DNA of 64,000 bases, from positions 32,001-96,000 of IMG/VR virus record IMGVR_UViG_3300049259_000177. One strand, 5' to 3'. This document shows, one piece after another, positions 1 through 9,170 of this stretch (position 1 is the first letter of the stretch; every line of letters starts with the position of its first letter). The notes under the pieces are model-generated. The model had not been told where the DNA came from. It ran no database searches and worked only from the letters and a program-made list of their open reading frames with translations. This DNA is from a virus. The translations under genes and the position numbers were made by a program.

Positions 1-29
1 AACCGACAACCCGTTACGGGTTGTCGGTT
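1..29. repeat. Perfect 13-bp inverted repeat (AACCGACAACCCG-TTA-CGGGTTGTCGGTT)
   Basis: Read directly; overlaps a putative -35 element. Confidence 0.85.
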
Positions 30-49
30 CGGCGTGTCGGGTGTACGGT
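21..49 (+). promoter_or_regulatory. Putative sigma70-type promoter TTGTCG-N17-TACGGT (variant of island promoter)
   Basis: Shares CGGGTGTACGGT with the repeated promoter cassette; upstream of the gene at 104. Confidence 0.5.
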
Positions 50-103
50 CTCAGCACCTTGTCGGGCACCGGCCCGGCCACCACGAGCAAGAGGAGTGTC
101 GTC

Positions 104-706
104 ATGCACACCGTCAAGGCACGCCCGATCACCGTCGCCGACGTCGAGGTCGGCCGCAAGATCCTCCACGCACACGGCGTCGGCTACGTCGACGCGGAGG
201 TTGTCAACGTCCGTACCAAAGAGCGCGTCCGCCGTGAGGGTGGCGACCGGGGCCCTGTCGTCGAGACCGGAACCGAGACCCACTTCGGCATCCGCAGCGC
301 CACCGGCTACGAGACGGGCGGTGCGTTCTATCCGGCGTTCCTGCCGCCGCAGTCCCGTGGCTCGGACCCTGGTCTGTCCTTCCTTGTTCCCGACGAGGAC
401 GGCGAGATCGAGGCGCCGGTGCTCGACTACATCGGCTGCGTCACCCGAGGCATCGGACTCAACGTGTTCATCCGTGACGAGACCGACCCGGAGGTCGCCG
501 CTAAGCGGGTGCGCGAAGCGCTCGGCGATGCCGGACTGGAAGTCATCGGCGACGCCGTGACCTGCGTACCCGTCACCGAGCAACGTGTCGTTATCTACGA
601 CATCGGCAACGACAGCCCTCGGGGCGTCTGCTTCGAGCACGAGTCGTCGACGATCTCCAAGCGCAGTGCGTACCGCACCGACTACCTGCCCGTCGGGGCT
701 CAGTGA
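104..706 (+). CDS. Hypothetical protein
   Basis: ORF 41..706; GAGGAG RBS favours ATG at 104; overlaps next gene by GTGA. Confidence 0.7.
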   Translation: MHTVKARPITVADVEVGRKILHAHGVGYVDAEVVNVRTKERVRREGGDRGPVVETGTETHFGIRSATGYETGGAFYPAFLPPQSRGSDPGLSFLVPDEDGEIEAPVLDYIGCVTRGIGLNVFIRDETDPEVAAKRVREALGDAGLEVIGDAVTCVPVTEQRVVIYDIGNDSPRGVCFEHESSTISKRSAYRTDYLPVGAQ

Positions 707-1086
707 CCGAGGGCGAACGCGAGGGCTGGCCGAAAGGCTGGCCCTCGCCGGTGCTGGACCCGACGATGCACCCCCGAGTCATGGAGATCTGCGACCCGGA
801 CACCTCGGAGGTGCTCGGCGGCGCGGTTTTCGGTGAGGACGACGAGTACGTCATCGTGAACCCGGCGACGCTTGCGACGCTGCGTGACTTCCCCACCTGC
901 CATGTCGCCAGCGGGCCGCCACAGATGCCGCCCTGGCGGGTCGAAACGCCGGTCTACGCGGCGCTGGTCGACACGCTCGGCATCGAGCCCGTCGGCGTAG
1001 CCGCACGGCAGTGGACCGACGTGATCGCGAACGCGGTCTGGCACGACACCGGCGTGTCCTGGGATCGGCTTGCACTCTCACGCTAA
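703..1086 (+). CDS. Hypothetical protein
   Basis: Coupled start/stop with the upstream gene; protein-like composition. Confidence 0.65.
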   Translation: MTEGEREGWPKGWPSPVLDPTMHPRVMEICDPDTSEVLGGAVFGEDDEYVIVNPATLATLRDFPTCHVASGPPQMPPWRVETPVYAALVDTLGIEPVGVAARQWTDVIANAVWHDTGVSWDRLALSR

Positions 1087-1142
1087 GCGGGTGTACGATG
1101 AGCCGACGCGGGAGAGCGACCCGCCGGACAGGAGACAGGGCA
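1070..1142 (+). promoter_or_regulatory. Island promoter cassette: TTGCAC-N18-TACGAT with CGCTAAGCGGG in the spacer, leader hairpin GCGGG-AGAGCGA-CCCGC, RBS AGGAG
   Basis: Near-identical copies at 7332, 12418, 42094, 45801 and 63302. Confidence 0.8.
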
Positions 1143-2111
1143 ATGATCGAGAACCTCGCCACCGCAACACCTTCCGAGATCGACACCGTGCTTGCCGACC
1201 TCTACGACAAGGCGTGGGCGCTGGGCATGGAGTGCTCGCGCCGTGTCGACGCCGTGTTCTACGAGGCCGGTGCAAAGCGGGTCAGCCGCAGCGCCCGCCA
1301 CCGCGACTGGAACATGACGCTCGACGAGGCGACGGCCGTCGTCGAGGCCAGGGCCAGCGAGGGCAACGAGAAGTCCTGGGAGCGCGCAGGCGCACAGCAC
1401 GTGCTCGACGCTCTCGCCGACGCCCGCAAGGCCTCCGCTGCCAACCGTGACGAGCAGGCCCCCCTGCACGCCGAGTTCACCCGGCGTGGCGGCTGGACCC
1501 GCGCGTTCCTCGTCGTCACTCAGGGCACCGGCCATGTTCATTCGTCGATGCACTGCTCGACCTGCTTCGACACGACCCAGTTCGCCTGGCTCCCCGAGTT
1601 GTCCGGCAGCGACGAGACCGCCATCGTGGCCGCCGCCGGTCAGGACGCCTGCACCGTCTGCTACCCGAGTGCGCCGGTCGACACCGCAGGCCCGCGCAGC
1701 ATCTACTCGAAGGGCGAGCGCAAGACGGCCGAGGAGCGCGCGACCTGGCAGGCCGAACTCGCCGAGAAGCGCGCCGTGCGGGAAGCCAAGGCGATCTATG
1801 ACGTGGACGGCTCGACGCTCCGCGACGGCCACGGCTTCGAGATCAAGACCGAGCGCACCGCGCAGACCGTCTATGTCAACGCCGCCGCCGATGCCATCCG
1901 CTACGCAGCCGAGGCCGAGGGGCCGATCGCCTCGTGGGTTACCCGGGGCCACGACGAGTACCGGGCGCACCTGCGCACGCTGGCAGTCGAGTACGCCGCA
2001 CAGGCCGAGCGCGTCCTGGCCGCCCTTGCCGCCAAGCGGGCCACGACGGTCGAGGAGCAGCGCGAGGCGCTGGCCCGCAAGGTTTCCGCCAAGGTCAAGC
2101 AGAACGCCTGA
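1143..2111 (+). CDS. Hypothetical protein with possible Zn-binding motif (H..C, CxxC)
   Basis: ATG 1143 follows the cassette RBS; motifs GHVHSSMHCSTC and CTVCYP. Confidence 0.75.
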   Translation: MIENLATATPSEIDTVLADLYDKAWALGMECSRRVDAVFYEAGAKRVSRSARHRDWNMTLDEATAVVEARASEGNEKSWERAGAQHVLDALADARKASAANRDEQAPLHAEFTRRGGWTRAFLVVTQGTGHVHSSMHCSTCFDTTQFAWLPELSGSDETAIVAAAGQDACTVCYPSAPVDTAGPRSIYSKGERKTAEERATWQAELAEKRAVREAKAIYDVDGSTLRDGHGFEIKTERTAQTVYVNAAADAIRYAAEAEGPIASWVTRGHDEYRAHLRTLAVEYAAQAERVLAALAAKRATTVEEQREALARKVSAKVKQNA

Positions 2112-2123
2112 GCGCAAACCACT

Positions 2124-2158
2124 AAGGGCCCTGGGCAAGTCGCCCGGGGCCCTTTCTT
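2124..2158. terminator. Intrinsic terminator between convergent genes
   Basis: AAGGGCCCTGGGC / GCCCGGGGCCCTT stem followed by a T-rich tail. Confidence 0.75.
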
Positions 2159-2426
2159 ACTGTCCGGGCTCGTTGAGAGCCTCGATGTGCGCCTTGAACT
2201 CGGCGTCACTGCGTTTCTTGATCGCGGCAGGACCCTTGCTCTTGTTCTTGACGTCGATGAAATTCCGGCCCATCTGCATCGGGGTGTCGGCGTCGATAAG
2301 CATGACGGGGTCCCCCTTACCTGCCCGAGCGCTGACCTGCCCGATGGCGTCCTGCTCGGTCTCGCCGTACACCTCGCAGATGTGGATGATCTCGCCGCTG
2401 CCCGGGTCGTACTCGATGTACTTCAT
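2157..2426 (-). CDS. Small hypothetical protein at end of tail-fibre operon
   Basis: MKYIEYDPGSG...; ATGA overlap with the upstream gene. Confidence 0.65.
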   Translation of the reverse strand: MKYIEYDPGSGEIIHICEVYGETEQDAIGQVSARAGKGDPVMLIDADTPMQMGRNFIDVKNKSKGPAAIKKRSDAEFKAHIEALNEPGQ

Positions 2427-2764
2427 ACGTACTCCACCACTTCGTAGGAGATGGCGACGCCGCCCGAGTTGTTGACGTTGTTGAACCACGACAACGTGTT
2501 AGCGCTCGCGAGTTGCAGGTATCCCGCCACGGCGCCGCTCGCGCTGCTGTTGATCGCCGCGATGTTGATGAACGCCGACAGTAGGTTCACCTCCGCCTTT
2601 GCGGGGTTCACACTGGTCGGCAGGATGATCGTGGAGGTCAGGCCCGCCGACGTGGACTGGGGCTGGGCGACGCCCCGGATAACCTGCCTGATGACGGAGG
2701 TGCCCGCCGCGCTCGCGGCGCTACCGGCCGACAGTTTCGTGCTGCCAATCGTTTGCAGCGGCAT
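2423..2764 (-). CDS. Tail-fibre-associated protein
   Basis: MPLQTIGSTKL...; TGATG coupling; S/A/N/T-rich, beta-type composition. Confidence 0.6.
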   Translation of the reverse strand: MPLQTIGSTKLSAGSAASAAGTSVIRQVIRGVAQPQSTSAGLTSTIILPTSVNPAKAEVNLLSAFINIAAINSSASGAVAGYLQLASANTLSWFNNVNNSGGVAISYEVVEYV

Positions 2765-3738
2765 CAGGTCGTCACCACTCCCGATGCGTTCAGCGTGCAG
2801 CCCGGTCCGTTCGCCGACGCGGCGAGCACCTCGTTTGCGGCCATCGGCTGGCGCAGTTGGTACTGGCTGGTCGACTTGGCCGGAACGACCAGTCCGGGCA
2901 CGAGGATCGAGCCGCCGTCCTTGACGCGGAACGTGTGCTCGTACAGGTCGTCGTTGACCATCTCGATCTCGGTGATGGTGGTCGACACTCCGGCGCCACC
3001 GGAGGTATAGAGCGCCGTCGGCGGCGCCGCTTGCGGCGCCGCCGGGACAAGGAAGTTGGCGTACACGTAACCGGTGCCGACGTTGTTGTAGACCTGTGAC
3101 GCGAGGCTCTGTGTTCCCGCCGTCACCATGCTCCGATAGAAGAGGTACAGGTAGGCGCCAGCCGCCGCCGGGCCGCCGCCGACAAGGGTCCAGCCCGTCG
3201 GCGTGGTCACGGTGGCGGAGTTGCTGACGTGCACCTGCACGGCGGTGCCGAAACTCTTGGCGAACAGGTTGGGCGAGGAGGCAACACTCGTGCCTCCTGT
3301 CACCGTAACCCGGCTGAGCGCATACCAGCCGAGCACCGGGTCGCCGCCGGAGTAGACGGCGTAGACGAGTTGCGCTGAGTTGGTATTCGCGAAGCCGGGG
3401 GTCCACACGAACATCGTCGCCTCGTTGCCGTCGGCGACTTTGTAGTAGATCCACACGCTGCCGACAGCGGCGCTCTGTCCCCCGGGATAGAGCGGCCCAA
3501 TGCGGGTGTAACTCGCGAGCGCGCTGTCATCCTGTGTCGCCCCGGGGATAGATGATGACGAAGCGACGGTGAAGGCCAGGATGACGAAGTCGCCCGGCAG
3601 GATCGTCCCGAGTGTCACACCGTAGGACTGCGCGGAGCCGAGATTGCTGAGCCCGCTGGTACGTAGCGCGGGAGCGACCGGGGCGCTGTCGACGACGGCA
3701 GCGGCGCACAGCCGGGTCGGCGCAGCGGAGGCGACCAT
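2764..3738 (-). CDS. Putative tail fibre / receptor-binding protein
   Basis: G/S/T/A/Y-rich; in the fibre gene cluster. Confidence 0.6.
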   Translation of the reverse strand: MVASAAPTRLCAAAVVDSAPVAPALRTSGLSNLGSAQSYGVTLGTILPGDFVILAFTVASSSSIPGATQDDSALASYTRIGPLYPGGQSAAVGSVWIYYKVADGNEATMFVWTPGFANTNSAQLVYAVYSGGDPVLGWYALSRVTVTGGTSVASSPNLFAKSFGTAVQVHVSNSATVTTPTGWTLVGGGPAAAGAYLYLFYRSMVTAGTQSLASQVYNNVGTGYVYANFLVPAAPQAAPPTALYTSGGAGVSTTITEIEMVNDDLYEHTFRVKDGGSILVPGLVVPAKSTSQYQLRQPMAANEVLAASANGPGCTLNASGVVTT

Positions 3739-4806
3739 CTACCACGCTCCCATGAACGTCATGGTCGCCTCGGCGTAGTACTCGACGTCGGTGACGAAGC
3801 GCTGCCACACACCGCCAGGCACCCCCGCGTCAGTACCGTCGCCACCCTCGAAGTGCCGGTACCACAGGGTGCCGGGGTTGGTGCCGGTCATGTGCTCGGC
3901 GATTTGGAACCCGTAGTTGTTGTTCTTGTTCTGATGACGCACTTGAAGCACGAGCCACCAGTCCGGCTGGTTATCGCCGAGCGGCGTGTGCTGCACGTTG
4001 CCCGACCCGTTGTAGAACCCGCTCATCCGATTCTGCAACGTGTTCATGTCGGGGTTGCCGCCAGCGTTCGACGGAAGCGAGGCGGTCAGGTTTGGCTGAT
4101 TGATGAAGTCCAGCGGGCCGAAGTACTTGTCGTTGGCTCCCCCGACCCGCGACGACATGTCAAGGGCTCCGGCGAGACTGAGCCCGGCACGGGCGAGGCC
4201 GCCCGCGACGCGCGTCTGGCCGGGCGTGAGCGCATCGCCGTTGCAGGTGAACACCGGGGAGTTCGCGATGTCGCCGTTGCGGACCGCGAGGAGCAGCCAG
4301 TTGGACGGCGGCGGCTCCCACGTGCCGGTGTAGGCCGCGATGTAGAAGTTACCGGGGACCGAGTTCTGGACGTCGCCGACGGGCAGCGCGTAGTAGAGCG
4401 CCTCCCACAAGTTGAGTACCACACCCTGCGCGGTCCAGTTCCGGGCGGGGGCGCCGCCGACCACGTTCAGAGGTGTCCCGGCGGCGGGCACCGTGATGTC
4501 GAAGTAGCCGCTCGTAGCCGCGTCGGTGGCGTGCCCGGCGGAGATGACGATGAAGCGCTGCGTCCAACTGAGGCTGTAGTTGACGTCGAGGGAGACGACG
4601 CCACCGCCGGTCACGTTGAACCCGGCCCGCAGTCCGTAGAGCGCGGACGGCGGGGGGGTGCCGAGGACCACCGGGGTGCCGCCAGGCGCGAGGGTGTAGA
4701 CCTGGCCGCCTTTGACGTAGAGCAGGGTGCCCTGACCTGCGGCCGGGGCGGCCGGGTCGGCGGCGTTCTCACCGAGGAGCAGGGCTCCCGAGACGGGTAG
4801 GGCCAC
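3739..4806 (-). CDS. Putative tail fibre protein
   Basis: Likely GTG start at 4806; C-terminal SGFYNG...YGFQIA...LWYR...W knob-like motif. Confidence 0.65.
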   Translation of the reverse strand: MALPVSGALLLGENAADPAAPAAGQGTLLYVKGGQVYTLAPGGTPVVLGTPPPSALYGLRAGFNVTGGGVVSLDVNYSLSWTQRFIVISAGHATDAATSGYFDITVPAAGTPLNVVGGAPARNWTAQGVVLNLWEALYYALPVGDVQNSVPGNFYIAAYTGTWEPPPSNWLLLAVRNGDIANSPVFTCNGDALTPGQTRVAGGLARAGLSLAGALDMSSRVGGANDKYFGPLDFINQPNLTASLPSNAGGNPDMNTLQNRMSGFYNGSGNVQHTPLGDNQPDWWLVLQVRHQNKNNNYGFQIAEHMTGTNPGTLWYRHFEGGDGTDAGVPGGVWQRFVTDVEYYAEATMTFMGAW

Positions 4807-4811
4807 CCTGA

Positions 4812-6227
4812 CTAGACCTTGCCGCTCACGACGACGTGGTAGGCGTTGAGCGCCGGAGGCGTACCGAAACGCAGCGTGATGGTGTTCGCGTCGGTGACGT
4901 CCCACTCGGTCAACGTGTTCTTGCCGTCGGAGTTGCGCCGCACCGACACGGCGGCGACCTGCGTGCTGCCGAGGTTGTGCGGGATCGCGTACACAGTCGC
5001 AGCCCCGTCGCCGACATCCTGCTCGTAGGCGCGGACCGCCCCGGAGATCTTCGAGACGGCGATCGCGGCGGCGGCCGCAACGTCCGCATTGACGATGGTT
5101 CCGTCGGCGATCTTCGCTGACGTGACGGCACCGTCGGCGATGTTGGTCGTGCCGATCGCCAGTGCTGCGATGTCAGTGCCGACGATGGTTCCGTCGGCGA
5201 TCTTCGCTGACGTGACGGCACCGTCGGCGATCTTCGCGTTGGTGATCGCAAGGTCGGCGACGTTGGTAGTGGCGATCGTCAGGTTGGCGATCTTCGCGCC
5301 AGTGATCGTCGCGTCCTGCATGTCACCGGCGACGATCGTCCCGTCGGCGATGTGTGCGCTCGTCACACCACCGGCGGCGAGACCGATCTGCGGGTTGACG
5401 CCGCCGGTCGAGGTGATCGGCCCAGCGCCGGTGACGGATTGCACGCCGTCGACGGGGCTCTGAAGTTCCTGCCAGTTGGCGAGGACCGTCGGGTCGGCGC
5501 CTTGCAGGATGAACGAGTCGTGGATGTCGGTTCGGATCGCGACGTCGCCGGGCTCGGCAGCGAGCGCGAGCATCGCGGCCTGGCTGGCGACGACAAACGT
5601 GTTGGTGATCGCGAGCGCCGGAAGCAGGCCGGTCGGCAGTAGTCCGTTCGCGTCGAGCCCGGCGAAGCCGTTGGCGACGTTGCGGCCACCGACGATGTTG
5701 GTGACGCGTGCATCGGTGGCGAAAGCGAAGTCGGAGATCGTCGCGGCGGTCTGCGTGCCCGTGTGGTTGGCGCGGGCGAGCGGGTCGACCGCCAGTTTGC
5801 TCAGCAGGATCGCGGCACCGGCCGCAATGTCGGCGTCGACGATGTTGAGCGCGGCCAGTTTCGCTTTCGCGATTGCGGCACCGGCCGCAATGTCGGCGTC
5901 GACGATGGTTCCGTCGGCGATCTTCGCTGACGTGACGGCACCGTCGGCGATCTTGCCGGTGGTCACGGCGAGCGGAGCGACCGTCGGGTTCGGGTAGTTG
6001 CCCGCCAGGTCGCCTCCGGCCGGGCCGGACGGAGCGGTCGAGCCGAACACGACGGACTGTACCTGCGCGCCGTCCCAGTAGCGGATCTGGTCGGTCGAGG
6101 TGTTGTACCAGACCCGGCCCTCGTCGGCGGCTATCAGCCCGGACGGGTCGGCGGCGAGCGCCTGCAACTTGAGGTTGAAGATCTGGAACCCCGCCATGTC
6201 GAGGTTGTTGGTTGCCGGGATAGCCAC
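4812..6227 (-). CDS. Tail fibre / shaft protein with decapeptide repeats (IADGAVTSAK/IADGTIVxAD)
   Basis: GTG 6227 with GGAG RBS; GPAGGDLAGNYPNP motif; 51-bp exact DNA repeats at 5091, 5181 and 5901. Confidence 0.75.
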   Translation of the reverse strand: MAIPATNNLDMAGFQIFNLKLQALAADPSGLIAADEGRVWYNTSTDQIRYWDGAQVQSVVFGSTAPSGPAGGDLAGNYPNPTVAPLAVTTGKIADGAVTSAKIADGTIVDADIAAGAAIAKAKLAALNIVDADIAAGAAILLSKLAVDPLARANHTGTQTAATISDFAFATDARVTNIVGGRNVANGFAGLDANGLLPTGLLPALAITNTFVVASQAAMLALAAEPGDVAIRTDIHDSFILQGADPTVLANWQELQSPVDGVQSVTGAGPITSTGGVNPQIGLAAGGVTSAHIADGTIVAGDMQDATITGAKIANLTIATTNVADLAITNAKIADGAVTSAKIADGTIVGTDIAALAIGTTNIADGAVTSAKIADGTIVNADVAAAAAIAVSKISGAVRAYEQDVGDGAATVYAIPHNLGSTQVAAVSVRRNSDGKNTLTEWDVTDANTITLRFGTPPALNAYHVVVSGKV

Positions 6228-6235
6228 CGTTGCTC

Positions 6236-6904
6236 CTAGATCTCGACGCTGCCGGACATCGGTGCACCGAAACGGACCTGCACAGTGTCCGCGTCGACGT
6301 ATTCCAGGTCGACCATTCGCAGTTCGCGGCCGGTCGAGTCGCGGACGGTCACCGGGAGGATCGCGTGCTTGTTGTGCTGGATCGTCCAGACTGCGCTCGG
6401 CATCGGCACGTCGTAGTGGTCGCGCTGGTAGGCGCCGAACGGACCGGGCTCGCCCTGGATGCCCTGCTCTCCCCGCTCTCCCTGGTCGCCTTTGGAGGAC
6501 CACAGCCGCCAGTACACCGAGTCGAAGGCGGCCATCGGCGGCAGGTCGATCGGCGTGCCCCACGTCGCGCCGTCGAAGTGCACGAGGGACTGCGCCACGT
6601 ACGCCGTGCCGGGCTGCCACTCGCCGGTGTCGACCCACGGGGGACCCGGCGGGCCCGTGCGACCCGGCGGGCCCGGCTGGCCGGTATCGAGCACAGTGAC
6701 GTCGGTTTCGACGTCGGCGCTGCCGTCAACAGGGATCGTCGAGCCCGCTGGCTGGTCGCCGACCACGACAAGGCTCGGGGCGCCCGGCGCAGGCTCCTCG
6801 GTGACGACGCCGGGCTCTGGGTCGGCGTCCTCGACGACGACAGTCGTCGGCGGCGGCTCCGGGTCGCCGACGACGACGATCGAGCCGTCGGAACCGGCCG
6901 TCAC
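6236..6904 (-). CDS. Collagen-like tail-associated protein
   Basis: GxP/GEQ triplets; C-terminal WTIQHN...VRFG domain resembling the end of the adjacent fibre gene. Confidence 0.7.
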   Translation of the reverse strand: MTAGSDGSIVVVGDPEPPPTTVVVEDADPEPGVVTEEPAPGAPSLVVVGDQPAGSTIPVDGSADVETDVTVLDTGQPGPPGRTGPPGPPWVDTGEWQPGTAYVAQSLVHFDGATWGTPIDLPPMAAFDSVYWRLWSSKGDQGERGEQGIQGEPGPFGAYQRDHYDVPMPSAVWTIQHNKHAILPVTVRDSTGRELRMVDLEYVDADTVQVRFGAPMSGSVEI

Positions 6905-7284
6905 ACCGTCACCCTCGGGCGAGTGACGCTCGTGTCGATGGACTGCGCCCCGGCGGCGAACTTCACCGGCACGCCGCCGTCCGGCGGATAGAGGAACAGG
7001 TCGTAGACACCGGCACGCCGCACGGTCCAGCCCTGCTCCTCGGCGAGCGTGAGCGTGATCGTCCCGGCCGGGCCACCCAGTTCGATCAGGCCCTCGCCGT
7101 CACCCGGAGCCGTGTCGAAGGCGACGATCAGGTGACTGTCACCGGCCGCCGGGCGAGACTCGGCCCGGGCGGTGTAATCGGAGATGTCGACCGGGCTACC
7201 GTCGGCGTGCTCCCAGGTGAACGGCAGCCGGAACGGCAGGCCCCACGTGATCGTGAAGTCGTGCACGACGATCGGCTTGGTCAC
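6901..7284 (-). CDS. Tail fibre adaptor / baseplate-upper N-terminal-like domain protein
   Basis: FTW...PVDISDYTAR...GVYDLFL pattern typical of phage fibre N-terminal adaptors; preceded by the late motif. Confidence 0.55.
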   Translation of the reverse strand: MTKPIVVHDFTITWGLPFRLPFTWEHADGSPVDISDYTARAESRPAAGDSHLIVAFDTAPGDGEGLIELGGPAGTITLTLAEEQGWTVRRAGVYDLFLYPPDGGVPVKFAAGAQSIDTSVTRPRVTV

Positions 7285-7327
7285 GAGAGCAGGCTCCCCG
7301 ATCGAGGGGGTTAGTGTCGCCCCGACC

Positions 7328-7403
7328 CCGCTTGCGCTCTCACGCTAAGCGGGTGTACGGTCTTGGTTGTGCGGGAGAGCGACCCGCCGGACAGGAGACG
7401 ATC
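7328..7403 (+). promoter_or_regulatory. Island promoter cassette (TTGCGC-N18-TACGGT, operator, leader hairpin, RBS)
   Basis: 7328-7399 is an exact 72-bp inverted copy of 45763-45834. Confidence 0.85.
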
Positions 7404-7757
7404 ATGGCGAAAGGCAACTGGCGCCGCCGGGACTTCGGCTGGCTGCGCGCCGACGGCGAGGCGTTCCTAGAGCGAGGCGCCCCAATGAGCGACACCGGCA
7501 AGCCCGCGTGGCTGGTCTGGATTCGCGCGCTCGACAGCGAGATCGAGATCGGCGAGGGCGGCACCGTGCTTACCCGCGATGGCTGCGACCCGGTCCGCGC
7601 GCTCGGCGAACTGTGCGGCAACGAGCCGTCGCAGGTCCGCCCCGACGGCCCGTGGTTCATTCACCGTGGCGACGAGGGCTGGCTGGCCGACGCGAAGGCC
7701 GCCGCCGAATACCACCTCGCGCGTCGTGACGAGAAGGCCGACGCGGTGACGCGCTAG
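7404..7757 (+). CDS. Hypothetical protein
   Basis: ATG directly after the cassette RBS. Confidence 0.7.
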   Translation: MAKGNWRRRDFGWLRADGEAFLERGAPMSDTGKPAWLVWIRALDSEIEIGEGGTVLTRDGCDPVRALGELCGNEPSQVRPDGPWFIHRGDEGWLADAKAAAEYHLARRDEKADAVTR

Positions 7758-7809
7758 ACCAGCGCCGACGTGACCTACGGTGGCCGGGAGATCTCGACGA
7801 GAGGACGCC

Positions 7810-8205
7810 ATGACCACCGACGCCGCACCGCTCACCCGGGCCAAGGCCGTCATTCGCAAGCAGCCCGCAGCAGACGGCAGGGGCCAGCCGTGGGAAGCGC
7901 ACGGCTGGCAGTGCCCGTGCGGCAGCGACAACGGCAAGACCGTGATAGCGACGAAGCAGGACGCGGAGAACGCCGCCGACCAGCACACTCGCGAGTACCA
8001 CCTGTCGACGGTGCTTGCCGACCTCGGGTCGCTGCACAGCCGCGACCAACTCAAGGTGGGCGCCACGTTCGTCGGCGACATCGTGCGCTTCGTCAAGGAA
8101 ACCGAGAAGGGCACCTACGTCGAGACTGCCGCGCACGGCCGCTACGTCATCGACGATTCGAGTCAGGCGAAGCCGTACACCGATGGCCCAGCGCGGCCGG
8201 AGTAG
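7810..8205 (+). CDS. Hypothetical protein (CxC...H motif)
   Basis: GAGGA RBS, ATG 7810. Confidence 0.6.
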   Translation: MTTDAAPLTRAKAVIRKQPAADGRGQPWEAHGWQCPCGSDNGKTVIATKQDAENAADQHTREYHLSTVLADLGSLHSRDQLKVGATFVGDIVRFVKETEKGTYVETAAHGRYVIDDSSQAKPYTDGPARPE

Positions 8206-8527
8206 CCGCCGGGCCGAGGAACTGCAACGCGAGGCGCTCGACGAGAAGGCGAAGCCTGTCCGGCTCGAATGCGTGCCGTGCGGGCACCGGTGGCGGATGC
8301 AGCGGCACGACACGTGGAACGAGACCTGCCACGCGGCCGTGAGGTTCCTCGACCAGCACCAACAGACTTGCGAGGCGTATCAGCGTCTCGCCGAACGGAT
8401 GGCAGCGGAGGCCGCAGGTGATCCCAGCACTGGGCAAGGCGACGTACCCGGACGAGAGCAAGGCGACGCCAGTGCCGATCCTGTTCCTCGACACCGAAAC
8501 TACGTCCCTGCGCCCGCCGTGGCGTAG
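8183..8527 (+). CDS. Hypothetical Zn-finger-like protein
   Basis: CVPC...H...C motifs; fills the gap in the operon. Confidence 0.5.
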   Translation: MAQRGRSSRRAEELQREALDEKAKPVRLECVPCGHRWRMQRHDTWNETCHAAVRFLDQHQQTCEAYQRLAERMAAEAAGDPSTGQGDVPGREQGDASADPVPRHRNYVPAPAVA

Positions 8528-9092
8528 CGCACCTCGGCGGCCGTGGGAGATCGGCGCGATCCGACGCGAGACGAACGGCTCCGAGCAGGAGTGGCAGTGC
8601 TTCGTCGAGGACGTCGACCTGACCGACGCTGACCCGATGTCACTGTCGTTCGGCCGGTTCTATGACCGACACCCGCAGTACGCGGGTCATATTGTCCACG
8701 ACCCGGACGCGCGAGTGCGTCGTGACGGCGCGGGCTGGCGGATGGACTCAGAGGCCGAAGTCGCGCTGCTCGTCGAGTGGCTCGCGCGCGGCGCCCATAT
8801 CGTGGGCACCGTGCCCGACTTCGACGTGACGACGGGCGACCAGATGCTTGAGCGTTGGGGGCTCGCGTGGCCCGCGCACTACCACCTGATCTGCGCCGAA
8901 GTGTACGCAGCCGGAGCGATCGGCTGGGTGCCGCCGTACGATTCGAAGGAACTCTCGCTGGCGTTGGGCGTCGACCCGTCGGCGTACACCGCACACGAAG
9001 CGCTGGAAGACGCTCGCTGGGCGAGGGATCTTTTCGACGCCACCCGGACGCATACCGGCACTCGCGTCGCTCAGCCGTCGACGCGACACTAA
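8472..9092 (+). CDS. DnaQ-like DEDDh 3'-5' exonuclease
   Basis: ExoI FLDTETT, ExoII PDFD, ExoIII HEALEDA. Confidence 0.85.
   Translation: MPILFLDTETTSLRPPWRSAPRRPWEIGAIRRETNGSEQEWQCFVEDVDLTDADPMSLSFGRFYDRHPQYAGHIVHDPDARVRRDGAGWRMDSEAEVALLVEWLARGAHIVGTVPDFDVTTGDQMLERWGLAWPAHYHLICAEVYAAGAIGWVPPYDSKELSLALGVDPSAYTAHEALEDARWARDLFDATRTHTGTRVAQPSTRH
9078..9092 (+). promoter_or_regulatory. Late-gene motif TCGACGCGACACTAA
   Basis: Exact copies at 27604, 32911 and 59704 (minus strand). Confidence 0.7.
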
Positions 9093-9170
9093 CCAGCCCC
9101 TCGGGGGACGCTACGCGCGGCACAGTAGTCGCGCCGCGACGCCTTCCGCCATGCACCGAGGAGCGCACCC

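Noticed and set aside
1-29. Hairpin telomere or genome terminus
   Set aside because: The palindrome is short and the window edge may be arbitrary; an operator or terminator is as plausible.
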